From NCBI GenBank assembly GCA_938024995.1, contig CALJDU010000038.1, forward strand, positions 43,509-107,508: a stretch of 64,000 nucleotides of DNA, given 5' to 3'. The stretch comes from an uncultured bacterium (GTDB lineage: Bacteria > Myxococcota_A > Polyangia > Polyangiales > Houyiibacteriaceae). The notes beneath the pieces were generated by a model. That model was given only the letters and a program-made list of their open reading frames with translations, was not told the origin of the DNA and searched no databases. The position numbers and the translations under genes were made by a program. Numbering within the stretch: position 1 is the first letter of the stretch; every line of letters begins with the position of its first letter. Below, one piece after another: positions 1 through 8,594 of the stretch.

Positions 1-1107
1 AGCAAAGCATCGGTGGTCGCGAAGGACATCGCGGTCGAGGTTGTGCGCGCGGGGCGACGTGAGCGAAAGGTGCTCATCCCGCGCGGCACGGGTCTCCCGG
101 TCGAGGTGCAGCATCGCTTCTACACCGCGGACCGAAGCGGCGCCGTCGTGCTCCGCCTGCTGCAGAACCGTCTCCCGGTTCGAACGCTCGTGATCAACGT
201 TCCCTCAGAGCTCGACGTGGGTGCCTCCGTGGATCTGACGCTGACGTGCGATGAAGCGATGCGACTTGAGGCGCGCGCGGTCGTCGCGGATCAAGAACTG
301 TGGGCGCAAATCGAGCCTGCCCGGCTTGAGCCGCCGCCGTCCGCCGACGAGGTCGACAAGCTCCTCGCTGACGCCGAGGAGGTCTCGCGAAAGCTCTGGG
401 GACGCGAGGCGACGCGGTTCACGCGTGACTTCGCGCCCATCGCCGCTTCGCTCCGCGAGGTGGTCGCGACCGATCCGGACAAGGCCGCCGCGCTCGCCTC
501 AAAGCTGCGGTTGTTGGTCGATGACTTCCGCGGCGGCAGCGGCGACGTACTGACGCCGCCGATGCACCGATTCAAGCTCACCCTCGATTCGCTCCGCCGC
601 GTCGTCTATCGGTCCGCCGAAGACAAGATGGTGGGGATGACGCGCGCGGAGTGGGAGGAGCGGATCGCGACCCTGGACCATCGAGGTCAAGCCGCCTGGG
701 ACCGCGGCGACGCGAACGAGTGGCAGCGGGTCTACAACGAGACGCAGGCCTTGCTGGAGACCGCGACCGAGCGTGAGTTCGCCGGTCGCAGCGTCAATGA
801 CCCGGAGCAGCTCAAGCGGCGGCTCTCCAACATCATCTATTGGTACGACCGACTCGCGGCCGCGCTGACTGACTTTGAGGTCTCCACGAACACGGAGGTC
901 GGCGCGCTCCAAGAAGCAGAGCGCGCGCGCCTTCTCTCGATCCTCGGCGAGCGCGTCGGCAAGCCGCTCGACTCGCTCCCGGCGGACGGGTCGGCCTCCG
1001 ACCTGCGCCGCGTCCTCGACCAAGCGCGCGCCGAGCTGGAGCGAACGGAGATCGCGCTCGAGCGCCTTCCGCAGATCGGCGTCGTGAGCGAGCGCGGCGG
1101 CGGATGA
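1..1107 (+). CDS. Hsp70/DnaK-like protein, C-terminal part (5'-truncated by window)
   Basis: Frame open from base 1. VLIPRGTGLP...FYTAD...VDLTLTCDEAMRLEARA resembles the Hsp70 substrate-binding domain, followed by a long helical tail. Confidence 0.6.
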   Translation, partial: SKASVVAKDIAVEVVRAGRRERKVLIPRGTGLPVEVQHRFYTADRSGAVVLRLLQNRLPVRTLVINVPSELDVGASVDLTLTCDEAMRLEARAVVADQELWAQIEPARLEPPPSADEVDKLLADAEEVSRKLWGREATRFTRDFAPIAASLREVVATDPDKAAALASKLRLLVDDFRGGSGDVLTPPMHRFKLTLDSLRRVVYRSAEDKMVGMTRAEWEERIATLDHRGQAAWDRGDANEWQRVYNETQALLETATEREFAGRSVNDPEQLKRRLSNIIYWYDRLAAALTDFEVSTNTEVGALQEAERARLLSILGERVGKPLDSLPADGSASDLRRVLDQARAELERTEIALERLPQIGVVSERGGG

Positions 1108-2441
1108 CCCTTGTCGATCGCATGACCGTGGCCGCGGCGGAACAGGTCGGAGAGACGATGGGTCCGCGCGCGGGTCTGACGGCTCTCTTGCCGCTGGTCA
1201 CCAAGCTCGAGTCAAAAGCGGAAGCGTGTCGCGCGCTCTTCGCCGCGCTGAGTCACGCGATCGCGCTCTCCGATCGGGACGCGGCGCAGCGCTTGATCGA
1301 CCTCTTCCCGATCGCCTCGAGCGGCGCCCGCTTCCCGGACGTGGTCGCGGCGTGTCACGCGCTCCGCGGCTGGCCCGAGCTCGCGGTCGAGCTGGCGACC
1401 GAGGAGACGACTCGGACTCGCTCGGCGCGGGCCTTTTATCTCCGTGGACGGCTGCTCTGCGATCTCGGAGCGCGTGAGCGCGCCGCGGACGATTTTCTCT
1501 CCGCCCACGCCCACGCGACGACCAAGCACCTCCCGCTCGTCGCGAACGTCGCCGCCGCCCAGGCCTTCTGCTTGGGTCGACACACCATGCGGCGCGAGGT
1601 CGACCCCGTCGCGCTGCCCCCTCCGCTCGCGCTTCGCTTCGCCGAAACAGCGCTGTCTGGAAAAGGCCGCTACGCCCGAGTCGCGGGCCTCGACCTGTTG
1701 CTTCGCCTCGCGACCGGGGACGACGGCGCGACCGCGCAGCACGCGCGACGCATCGCCGCGCGCTACGCTGACGCGACGCTCAGCGCGCTCACCGAGATTG
1801 AGCGAGACCGACTCCGCTCCATCTTCGGGACCGAGCCGGAGATGACGCGACGCGCAGCGCTGCTCAAGCGATGGGAAATGATCGAAGACGTGATTCAGAC
1901 CGGCTCCGCGGCCAACTCGCTTCGCGCTTCTCCCCACCGCCGCCGGATCGACGCGGTTCTGTCTGCGCGAACCGCGGGACCGCGACCGCCCGGCCCGGCC
2001 GCGACTTGGCTCTCGTTAGAGCTCTGCGCGCGCCTCGCGCCTCCTCGTTCCAGCGGAGACCTGTCCGGCGCCAACGCCTTGATCCACGAGCTCCGAGAAC
2101 TGTTGCCATCGCTCACCGCGGTGTCCCGCGCGCTCTACACGGCCGCGACCTTGGCGCTCGAAGAACCGGCGACCCGTGAAGCCGGCGCCGCCCTCGCGCG
2201 CGTCGTTTTGGAGCGCGACGATCACCGCCCCGAGAATGGATGGCGGCGACTCGCGACGGCCCTCCGAACCGCCGGCGAGCCCGCGCTCGCCAACCAGGCC
2301 CTGCTCATCGGCGCGCAGAAGCGGGAAGCCGGAGCGCGCGACGACTACCGCGTCGCGCTCGCCATCGAGGCCCGCGCTGCGTACGACCGTGGTGACCCCG
2401 AGGCCGCCCTGCGAGCGCTCTCTCTGCGCGACGCGATCTAG
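1104..2441 (+). CDS. Ala/Arg-rich helical (TPR-like) hypothetical protein
   Basis: 445-aa ORF with ATGA overlap to the upstream gene; TPR-like segment ARAFYLRGRLLCDLGARERAADDF. Confidence 0.6.
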   Translation: MTLVDRMTVAAAEQVGETMGPRAGLTALLPLVTKLESKAEACRALFAALSHAIALSDRDAAQRLIDLFPIASSGARFPDVVAACHALRGWPELAVELATEETTRTRSARAFYLRGRLLCDLGARERAADDFLSAHAHATTKHLPLVANVAAAQAFCLGRHTMRREVDPVALPPPLALRFAETALSGKGRYARVAGLDLLLRLATGDDGATAQHARRIAARYADATLSALTEIERDRLRSIFGTEPEMTRRAALLKRWEMIEDVIQTGSAANSLRASPHRRRIDAVLSARTAGPRPPGPAATWLSLELCARLAPPRSSGDLSGANALIHELRELLPSLTAVSRALYTAATLALEEPATREAGAALARVVLERDDHRPENGWRRLATALRTAGEPALANQALLIGAQKREAGARDDYRVALAIEARAAYDRGDPEAALRALSLRDAI

Positions 2442-2518
2442 CTAGCGAGACGTCTATCGGCGGGGTTCACCTCCGAGCCTCCGCGTGACGGCGCGTCCAA
2501 GTGACGACGATCGGCGTG

Positions 2519-3580
2519 CTATCGCGCGAGCCAGCGACGCGCGACGCGCGACGCGGGGATCGCGCCGCTGGGCGGGAGCGGCGCCGTAGACTTCGTCGAC
2601 CAAAAGAGCGCGGGTCCCGAGCGGCGACGCGCGAGAAACGAAGCCGCCGACTTCGCGCTGTAGGTCGGGTCGAGCTTGAGCGCGTGGTCCGCGAACCTCG
2701 CGATCGCGTTCGCTCCTTCGTCGGTCGCGTGTCCATAGCCCCGCCCGAGCTGACTTCCGTCAACGCGGAGACCACCCAGCGCTTCCCGATGCGAGAGGAC
2801 GAAGCGCGCGTCCCCGGTCTCTTCGCTCAGCCGTCGCGAGGTCTGCACGGCGAGACGCGCGATCCGAACCGCGCTCGTGACCGGCCACGGCGTGACGCGG
2901 ACCGCGACGACCCGAGGCGCGCGCGCGAGGATCCCGAGCCGCTCCGCGACCGCGAACCCTACGACGAGCCCCGCGCTGGTACAGGTCGAACCCACACCAA
3001 CGAACACGTGCGTGAACAGCGGAGCGTCGCCCCGCGCGATCTGATCGGCGACCTCGAGCCCCGCCGACACGTAACCCAGCGCGCCGAGCGGCGTCGCGCC
3101 TCCGGGCGGCATCAAGTACGTCCGCGGGGCCCGCGCGCTCCACATCCCGAGCGGGAGCGTCGACCAATGAAGGAGCGTTTTCGAGCGCGCGGCGGTCAAC
3201 CGAAAGTTCTGCTTCGCGCTCTCGCTCGTCGGCTGCGGGAAGAGCAAGGCGAGCGGCGTGAGGCCTGCTCTTGGCGCGTGCATCTGCGCGGCGAGCGCGT
3301 GATTGGATCCGTACGCGCCGGTCGAGACAATGATCTTGGCCTCGCGCGCGAGCGCTTCCGCGAAGAGCACCTCGAGCGTTCGAACCTTGTTCCCGCCATA
3401 GAGAGAAGACGACAGGTCGTCCCGCTTCACGTAGCCGTCCCCGTCGTTGATCGTGTCGAGCGATTCGATCGGGGTCGGAAACTCGCCTAATCCGAGGAAC
3501 GGGGCGCGCACCGGGAGCTGAAAGATCGCGCGCTCCTCGGTCAACACAGCGGGAGACTTCGCCACCCGCGCGGTCGTCAC
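2519..3580 (-). CDS. PLP-dependent ACC deaminase / D-cysteine desulfhydrase family enzyme
   Basis: PTPIE, VKRDDL..YGGNKVR, GAYGSNH, GVGSTCTSAGL and LDPTYSAK motifs; GTG start at 3580 overlaps the upstream stop (GTGA). Confidence 0.85.
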   Translation of the reverse strand: MTTARVAKSPAVLTEERAIFQLPVRAPFLGLGEFPTPIESLDTINDGDGYVKRDDLSSSLYGGNKVRTLEVLFAEALAREAKIIVSTGAYGSNHALAAQMHAPRAGLTPLALLFPQPTSESAKQNFRLTAARSKTLLHWSTLPLGMWSARAPRTYLMPPGGATPLGALGYVSAGLEVADQIARGDAPLFTHVFVGVGSTCTSAGLVVGFAVAERLGILARAPRVVAVRVTPWPVTSAVRIARLAVQTSRRLSEETGDARFVLSHREALGGLRVDGSQLGRGYGHATDEGANAIARFADHALKLDPTYSAKSAASFLARRRSGPALFWSTKSTAPLPPSGAIPASRVARRWLAR

Positions 3581-4365
3581 GCGAGCTTGCTCCTGAGCAA
3601 CTTCTTCAGGTTCGCCCGCTCCCACGCGAGCGCCCGTTCGTGCTCGGCGAAGACCGCTTCGAGCCGCCGAAACTCCTTCGTGTGAAAGCGGTGCCGCCCG
3701 TTGCTCACGGTCGCGGGCAAAACGTGGTGCAGCATCTCGTGGTAGACGACCGACGCGACGAAGTACTCGGGCACCCACTCTTGATCGAGCAGCGGGTGGA
3801 TGCGGATGAGCTTCTCGTCAGGGACGTAGGTCCCGAGCTGAATGGAGCGCTGACCACGACGCGGCGTCACGCGCCGCCCCCAGGTGATCTCCGCGGTGAC
3901 AAGCTCAACGAAGTACTCGGCCTCAAGGCGCTGAAAAATCGCGCGGAGATCGAAGTGCTTGCCTTGTGCGACCCGTGGCGTGGTTCGGCGCTCTTTGCGG
4001 ATGCTCTTTTTGTGGCGCGCGATGAAATCATCGAGCGTCTTCGACGCGACCCGAACGTGTCGATCGCGGAGATACGCGGCGAGCGCGACGAGCACGATCT
4101 CGTCGGCGTAGAGGAACATTCGATGCAAACGGAGCTCGAGCCTACCGACGGAACGCTTCGCGCTGATCATCGTGCGGCGATTATCTGTCAGCGTCACGAC
4201 GACCTCTTGCCCTAAGCGATCGCTGAGCGCTTCGGCGATGGCGAACTCATTGCTCGGCTCGTCGCGATCGGCGTTTCCCGCGAGAGGCTCAGGCGCGACC
4301 GAAGAGAGCGCCGCGAGATCGCGCCGCGCGGCGTCGAAATCGAAAGCGAGCTGGGGACGGTCCAC
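3577..4365 (-). CDS. SprT/M48-like zinc metallopeptidase domain protein
   Basis: IRIHPLLD...VVYHEMLH...HTKEFR (HExxH plus downstream His). Confidence 0.8.
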   Translation of the reverse strand: MDRPQLAFDFDAARRDLAALSSVAPEPLAGNADRDEPSNEFAIAEALSDRLGQEVVVTLTDNRRTMISAKRSVGRLELRLHRMFLYADEIVLVALAAYLRDRHVRVASKTLDDFIARHKKSIRKERRTTPRVAQGKHFDLRAIFQRLEAEYFVELVTAEITWGRRVTPRRGQRSIQLGTYVPDEKLIRIHPLLDQEWVPEYFVASVVYHEMLHHVLPATVSNGRHRFHTKEFRRLEAVFAEHERALAWERANLKKLLRSKLA

Positions 4366-4458
4366 CGGTTAGTCGTAAAGGCGTCCTGATCGAGCGTCAA
4401 CAAACGATGAGAGACGCGATGACTCACGTCCGATCCGTTTCGCCGTTCTTGCGTTCGC

Positions 4459-6066
4459 TCAGGGTGAGTAGCCAAGCGCTTCACACGCTCGGTTTTGCCC
4501 GTTCTGAGGGAAGCGCCGCGCCAGCTCTCCGCAGGCCGAACGCGCGCGGCTCTCGTTGTTCGCGCCGCGCGCGCACTGCATCTCCCACATCAAGATCCGC
4601 GGCGTGCGACGAGCGCGCGGCATCCGGCGCGCTTCACGAAGACAACCCGCGTGATCTCCGTTGGAGAAGAGCTCACCGAGGGAAACGCTGGCCACGAACT
4701 CCTCTTGCTGCATGGCGGTCAACATCGGCGTGGCGGCGGACGGCGTGGCGGCGGGCGGCGTGGCGGCGGGCGTCATCGCGGAAGGCGGTGGGCTCCCGGA
4801 TGAGGTCATGCGGGACGACATGCCTCCTCGACGGGTTCGTCTCATGGGCGTGGGAGCGCCCGTCCTTGGCGAGTCGGGGGACGCTGCGGATGGCGGCTCA
4901 AGCACGAGGGCGGCGCTCTCAGCATCGTGGGTCTCAGCGTCGTCGGTCTCTGGCACTGGGTTCGCCTCGCGCATCGCGGTTTCGGACGGCACGGGATCCG
5001 CGCGTTCCAAGGCGCGCGTCTCGCCCGACTCGAGAACGGGTTCTGGCTTCTCGGCGATGTCTGGCCCCGCGCGTCCAAAGAAGATCAGCGCCGCGAGACC
5101 GAGCGCCGCGATCCCCATCAAGACGCCGAGGCCTGCCAAGAGCCATGCGCGGCCCGTCGAGTTCCGTTTCTGAGGGGCCCGTATGACGGAGTCGATCGCG
5201 GGCGCGGCTCGCGTCTCTGCCAACGCGATCTCAACAACATCGCTCGGGGCTTGGCTCGTGCGGGTGAGGCGCGCAGCGAACTCGCGCGCAGAGGGCGGTC
5301 GCGCGTCCGGATCCTTGGCGAGCGCGGAGAGAACCAACGCGTCGACATGCGGGCTCACTTCGGGTCGAACCGACGACGGCGCAGGCGCGGGATCGGTCAG
5401 CGCGCGCGCCATCATCGCCGTCGGCGTGGGCGCGGGAAACGGAACCGTGCCGGTGATCATTTCGAAGAAGAGCGCGCCCAAGGCGTACACGTCCGCGCGC
5501 TCGTCGAGGGGGAGCGCGCGCGCTTGTTCGGGCGCCATGTAGGCTGGCGTCCCGAGCGCCATTCCGGTCGCGGTGAGTCGAGTGAGGTCGGCGCGCAGCT
5601 TCGCGATCCCGAAATCGAGGAGCACCGGCCGAGTTCCCGCGCCCTCGCGACGCGCCATGAAGACGTTGCTCGGCTTGAGGTCGCGATGAAGAACGCCGCG
5701 CTCGTGCGCGTAGCTGACCGCGTCGCAGAGCTCAGCCATGATGCCGATCGCGACGTCAGGTTCCATGGGCCCGCGCGACAGCACCTCGTCGAGCGGTTCC
5801 CCCTCAAGGTGCTCCATGACGAGAAAGGGCGCGCCGCGTTCGTCCTCGTCGAAGTCGAGCACCGAGACAATGCCGACGTGGGCGAGCGAGGCGACCGTTT
5901 CGGCTTCTCGGCGAAAGCGCTCAACGAGATCCGGCGCGTCGCCGAGGAGCACCTTGATCGCACACACACGTCCGGTTCGCCGATGACGGCCGAGAAAAAC
6001 CTCGCCCATCCCACCGCGCCCGAGCATCTCGCCGGCCTCATATCGTTCGTGCGAAAACGCTGACAT
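4459..6066 (-). CDS. Membrane-anchored Ser/Thr protein kinase
   Basis: LGRGGMG, AIK, HRDLKPSN, DFG, GTPAYMAPE; one TM segment and a Pro/Ala-rich C-terminal region. Confidence 0.95.
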   Translation of the reverse strand: MSAFSHERYEAGEMLGRGGMGEVFLGRHRRTGRVCAIKVLLGDAPDLVERFRREAETVASLAHVGIVSVLDFDEDERGAPFLVMEHLEGEPLDEVLSRGPMEPDVAIGIMAELCDAVSYAHERGVLHRDLKPSNVFMARREGAGTRPVLLDFGIAKLRADLTRLTATGMALGTPAYMAPEQARALPLDERADVYALGALFFEMITGTVPFPAPTPTAMMARALTDPAPAPSSVRPEVSPHVDALVLSALAKDPDARPPSAREFAARLTRTSQAPSDVVEIALAETRAAPAIDSVIRAPQKRNSTGRAWLLAGLGVLMGIAALGLAALIFFGRAGPDIAEKPEPVLESGETRALERADPVPSETAMREANPVPETDDAETHDAESAALVLEPPSAASPDSPRTGAPTPMRRTRRGGMSSRMTSSGSPPPSAMTPAATPPAATPSAATPMLTAMQQEEFVASVSLGELFSNGDHAGCLREARRMPRARRTPRILMWEMQCARGANNESRARSACGELARRFPQNGQNRACEALGYSP

Positions 6067-6149
6067 CCCAACGAGAGTAAACGACGCCCGTTTGGGGGGT
6101 TGCCAATCGACGGTCGCGACCCACGATGAAAGAGTGTCGAAGGACGCTT

Positions 6150-6187
6150 AAAAGGGAGCTGGGCCGACGCAAACGCGCCGACCCAGC
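6150..6187 (-). terminator. Intrinsic terminator (minus strand)
   Basis: Minus strand GCTGGGTCGGCGC-GTTT-GCGTCGGCCCAGC-TCCCTTTT: 13-bp stem with two G-U pairs that only pair in this orientation, then a U-tract. Confidence 0.8.
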
Positions 6188-6508
6188 GACCGAATCGATG
6201 CTAGTCATGCGGGCTTGAGCTAGGGACTCGAGCCAGCGATCAAACCAAGGTCAACGAAACAACGAATCCTGGGCGGAACCGAGGAGTCGCAAGTTAAGGG
6301 GCTGCAAACACAGCCGAGTGAAGCAAGCGGAGAACAAGACGCGACTCTCAAGAGCCTGGCCCGAGGGCCATATGCGCCAATAAGTAAGCTCAAATCTGCA
6401 AGTTCAAGAACAAACCGGATGACCGATTTGTTGGGTTACTAAGCGAAGCAGAGTTTCAAGGCAAGGATGACGAGCACAAATGCCGGGCAGGGCAGTCAGC
6501 AACGTCAC
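6150..6508 (-). ncRNA. Putative ~360-nt sigma54-dependent structured ncRNA with repeated CUU motifs (no family recognised)
   Basis: Bounded by a sigma54 promoter and a terminator; no long ORF; multiple hairpins; low GC (56/120 in 6361-6480 by hand count); 15 CUU motifs. Confidence 0.65.
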
Positions 6509-6518
6509 CTAGAGGGTT

Positions 6519-6534
6519 TGCAACTCGGGTGCCA
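6519..6534 (-). promoter_or_regulatory. Sigma54 (RpoN) -24/-12 promoter
   Basis: Minus strand TGGCACCCGAGTTGCA = TGGCAC-N5-TTGCA with correct GG-N10-GC spacing; predicted +1 near 6508. Confidence 0.8.
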
Positions 6535-6562
6535 CTTTGTCAGCGAATCGTAAGCTCTTTCG

Positions 6563-6575
6563 TAAACCACTGAAA
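6563..6575 (-). promoter_or_regulatory. IHF-like binding site
   Basis: TTTCAGTGGTTTA vs consensus WATCARNNNNTTR (1 mismatch), about -55 to -67 from the predicted sigma54 start. Confidence 0.45.
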
Positions 6576-6788
6576 TGCTGTCGTTTTTCGCATTCGACGC
6601 GTGAGTCTGTGTTCTGGAGGTAGCTGACCAGGTCGACATGAGCGCCCCGTCGAGCCGGGATCCACGACATCCATGTCAGGGCACCGACCTCCGGATGACA
6701 GATCTCGTCGCATTGTCTCATCGGTCTTGCCGCCGCGGCTCTCGTTGGCGTCGCTTTCCACTCCGCTTTGAGGCAACGTTTGACGGCC

Positions 6789-7184
6789 ATGCCGCATCCA
6801 CCCCACCGATCGACGCTGTTTCTGGCGTTCGGAATCGCGATGTTGGCGGCATGCGGAACGCTTGGGGACGATCTCCGGCGCGCGCAGGCCAACTATGACG
6901 AGGCTCGCTATGAGAACGCCTCCGTCTGGCTGGACGTCATCACAGACCAAGAAGGACGCCTAAACGAAGCACAGCGCGCGCGGTTCTACTTTCTCCGAGG
7001 AATGACCGCCTATCGACTCGATCAGCGAGACGAAGCGTTCTACTTCCTGCGGCTCACACAGGCAGCTGCCGGCGAAAACGCGACAGGATTGACCGGTCCA
7101 CAGACGGAAGCGATGCGCCGCGCGTTGACCGACCTCACACCGACGACCGCGACACATCGCGCACGTCCGCCCGACGCGTTCTAG
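6789..7184 (+). CDS. Small TPR-like lipoprotein
   Basis: Signal peptide with lipobox LAAC; TPR-like RFYFLRGMTAYRLDQRDEA. Confidence 0.75.
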   Translation: MPHPPHRSTLFLAFGIAMLAACGTLGDDLRRAQANYDEARYENASVWLDVITDQEGRLNEAQRARFYFLRGMTAYRLDQRDEAFYFLRLTQAAAGENATGLTGPQTEAMRRALTDLTPTTATHRARPPDAF

Positions 7185-7226
7185 CGACGCCATCCACCTC
7201 GGTCGCGATCAGAACCCTTAAGTGAG

Positions 7227-7251
7227 AAAAGCGCCCTTTTGAGGCGCTCTT
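7227..7251 (-). terminator. Intrinsic terminator after the YdcH-like gene (possibly bidirectional)
   Basis: Minus strand AGCGCC-TCAAAAG-GGCGCT-TTT between convergent genes. Confidence 0.6.
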
Positions 7252-7265
7252 CGAGATTCAGCCGA

Positions 7266-7475
7266 TTAGGCCGGCGGAGGCTCACTGTCACGACGAGCTC
7301 GCTGTAGCTCGTCTTTCGTGTGGAGTTTCCGTTTCTTCAGCTCGGCCCGCTCGGTTTGTTCTTCAGACGTTAGGAACGTTCGAGAGTCGAGATTGGACAC
7401 TTGCTCTTTCAGAGCGGCGTGCTTCTTCTCAAGATGGTTGATCTGCTTCTCGATTTTGAGCGACGAGCGAGCCAT
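7266..7475 (-). CDS. YdcH/DUF465 family small coiled-coil protein
   Basis: LEKKHAALKEQV...LKKRKLHTKDEL pattern; GGAGG SD just upstream of ATG 7475. Confidence 0.8.
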   Translation of the reverse strand: MARSSLKIEKQINHLEKKHAALKEQVSNLDSRTFLTSEEQTERAELKKRKLHTKDELQRARRDSEPPPA

Positions 7476-7802
7476 GGCACCTCCCAAGCGGGATTTTGGA
7501 TGAGTTGTCAGTCTTGTCTAAGCCGGCGTTGAACGGGATCTAAGGTGGTCAGAGACCACGCGGAAATTTCCGCGCTTCGTTAATAATAGGGCAGATCGCC
7601 CTCTCTGATCAATCCCACGGCCCCAATTCACCTATTTTTTCAACAGGTTCGAGAGCGCGAGACACAGGCTAAGGTCTTATGAGACAATGCGCGCGCGCTA
7701 CGTTGGGAACCTTCCATCGTGGCGTTTTTGCGACATGAATAGACGACCCTCGCGGCGCGTTTCATATCTGTCGCCCGCTTGAGTGGGCCCTTCGGAGCAA
7801 TC

Positions 7803-8555
7803 ATGACCTCGCGCACTTTCCTGGCATCCCTAGCAGCGCTGCTCGTCGCAGTGAGCACCACGCTCGTCGCCTCAGCACAAAACGAGGGCGACAACGCGAC
7901 CTCCATGACCGGGCAACCTGCCGCGCCGCCGCCAACTCGCAACGCACGCGAGGTCGCCGCGCTCGTCCAGTCCTTTTACGACCAGACCACCTCGTTCCGC
8001 GCGAACTTCCATCAAACGCAGTTCACGAAGCTCTACAACCGTTACGAGCGCGCTCGTGGCGAGGTCGTGTTCAAGAAGCCCGGCAAGATGCGCTTCGACT
8101 ACGACCGTCCCAACGGACAGGTCTTCGTCAGCGATGGTGAGCGTCTCACGATCTATCAGCCGCCGGACGAGGGCGAGCAAAACGGTCAACTGATCGAGCG
8201 TGAGATCAGCGAAGACCAGCTCCCGCTCGCGTTCTCGTTTCTGACCGGGACCGGTCGGCTCGATCGTGACTTTCAGTTGCGGCTCCTCGACCCACAGCGC
8301 GAAGGATTCGAAGACGGTTACGTCCTTGAGCTGCGCCCGCGCGAAGCGACGCCGCAGTACGACCGCGTGGTCTTCTTTGTTCGCGTGGTCTCTCGTGGTG
8401 GCCGCAACGCTGGCGTCATCCAGCGCGTCCTCATCGTCGACTCGCAAGGGAACCGCAACCGCTTCGACTTCCGGAACATGCAGTTCAATCGCGACGTCGC
8501 GGACGACCGCTTCCGTTTCCGAGCGCCCGAAGGCTCGCGGCGCGTTAGGCCGTAA
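7803..8555 (+). CDS. lolA: Outer-membrane lipoprotein carrier LolA
   Basis: Signal peptide; FRANFHQ, GEVVFKKPGKMRFDY, FVSDG, DSQGNRNRFDF and F.F..PEG C-terminal motif. Confidence 0.85.
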   Translation: MTSRTFLASLAALLVAVSTTLVASAQNEGDNATSMTGQPAAPPPTRNAREVAALVQSFYDQTTSFRANFHQTQFTKLYNRYERARGEVVFKKPGKMRFDYDRPNGQVFVSDGERLTIYQPPDEGEQNGQLIEREISEDQLPLAFSFLTGTGRLDRDFQLRLLDPQREGFEDGYVLELRPREATPQYDRVVFFVRVVSRGGRNAGVIQRVLIVDSQGNRNRFDFRNMQFNRDVADDRFRFRAPEGSRRVRP

Positions 8556-8594
8556 AGGCTGGCGCCTCGGCGACCTCCCGAGTACACGTTGCTC

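Noticed and set aside
6404-6508. 34-codon leaderless GTG ORF (MTLLTALPGICARHP...) at the start of the putative ncRNA
   Set aside because: Many A/T-ending codons (CTT, TTA, GTA, CAA, ACT) unlike host genes, and it covers under a third of the unit; not fully excluded without Ribo-seq.
6150-6508. tmRNA, RNase P, SRP or 6S identity for the intergenic RNA
   Set aside because: No tRNA-like GGGG...CCA ends or tag ORF, no GAGGAAAGUCC, no SRP GGAA tetraloop domain, and too long and branched for 6S.
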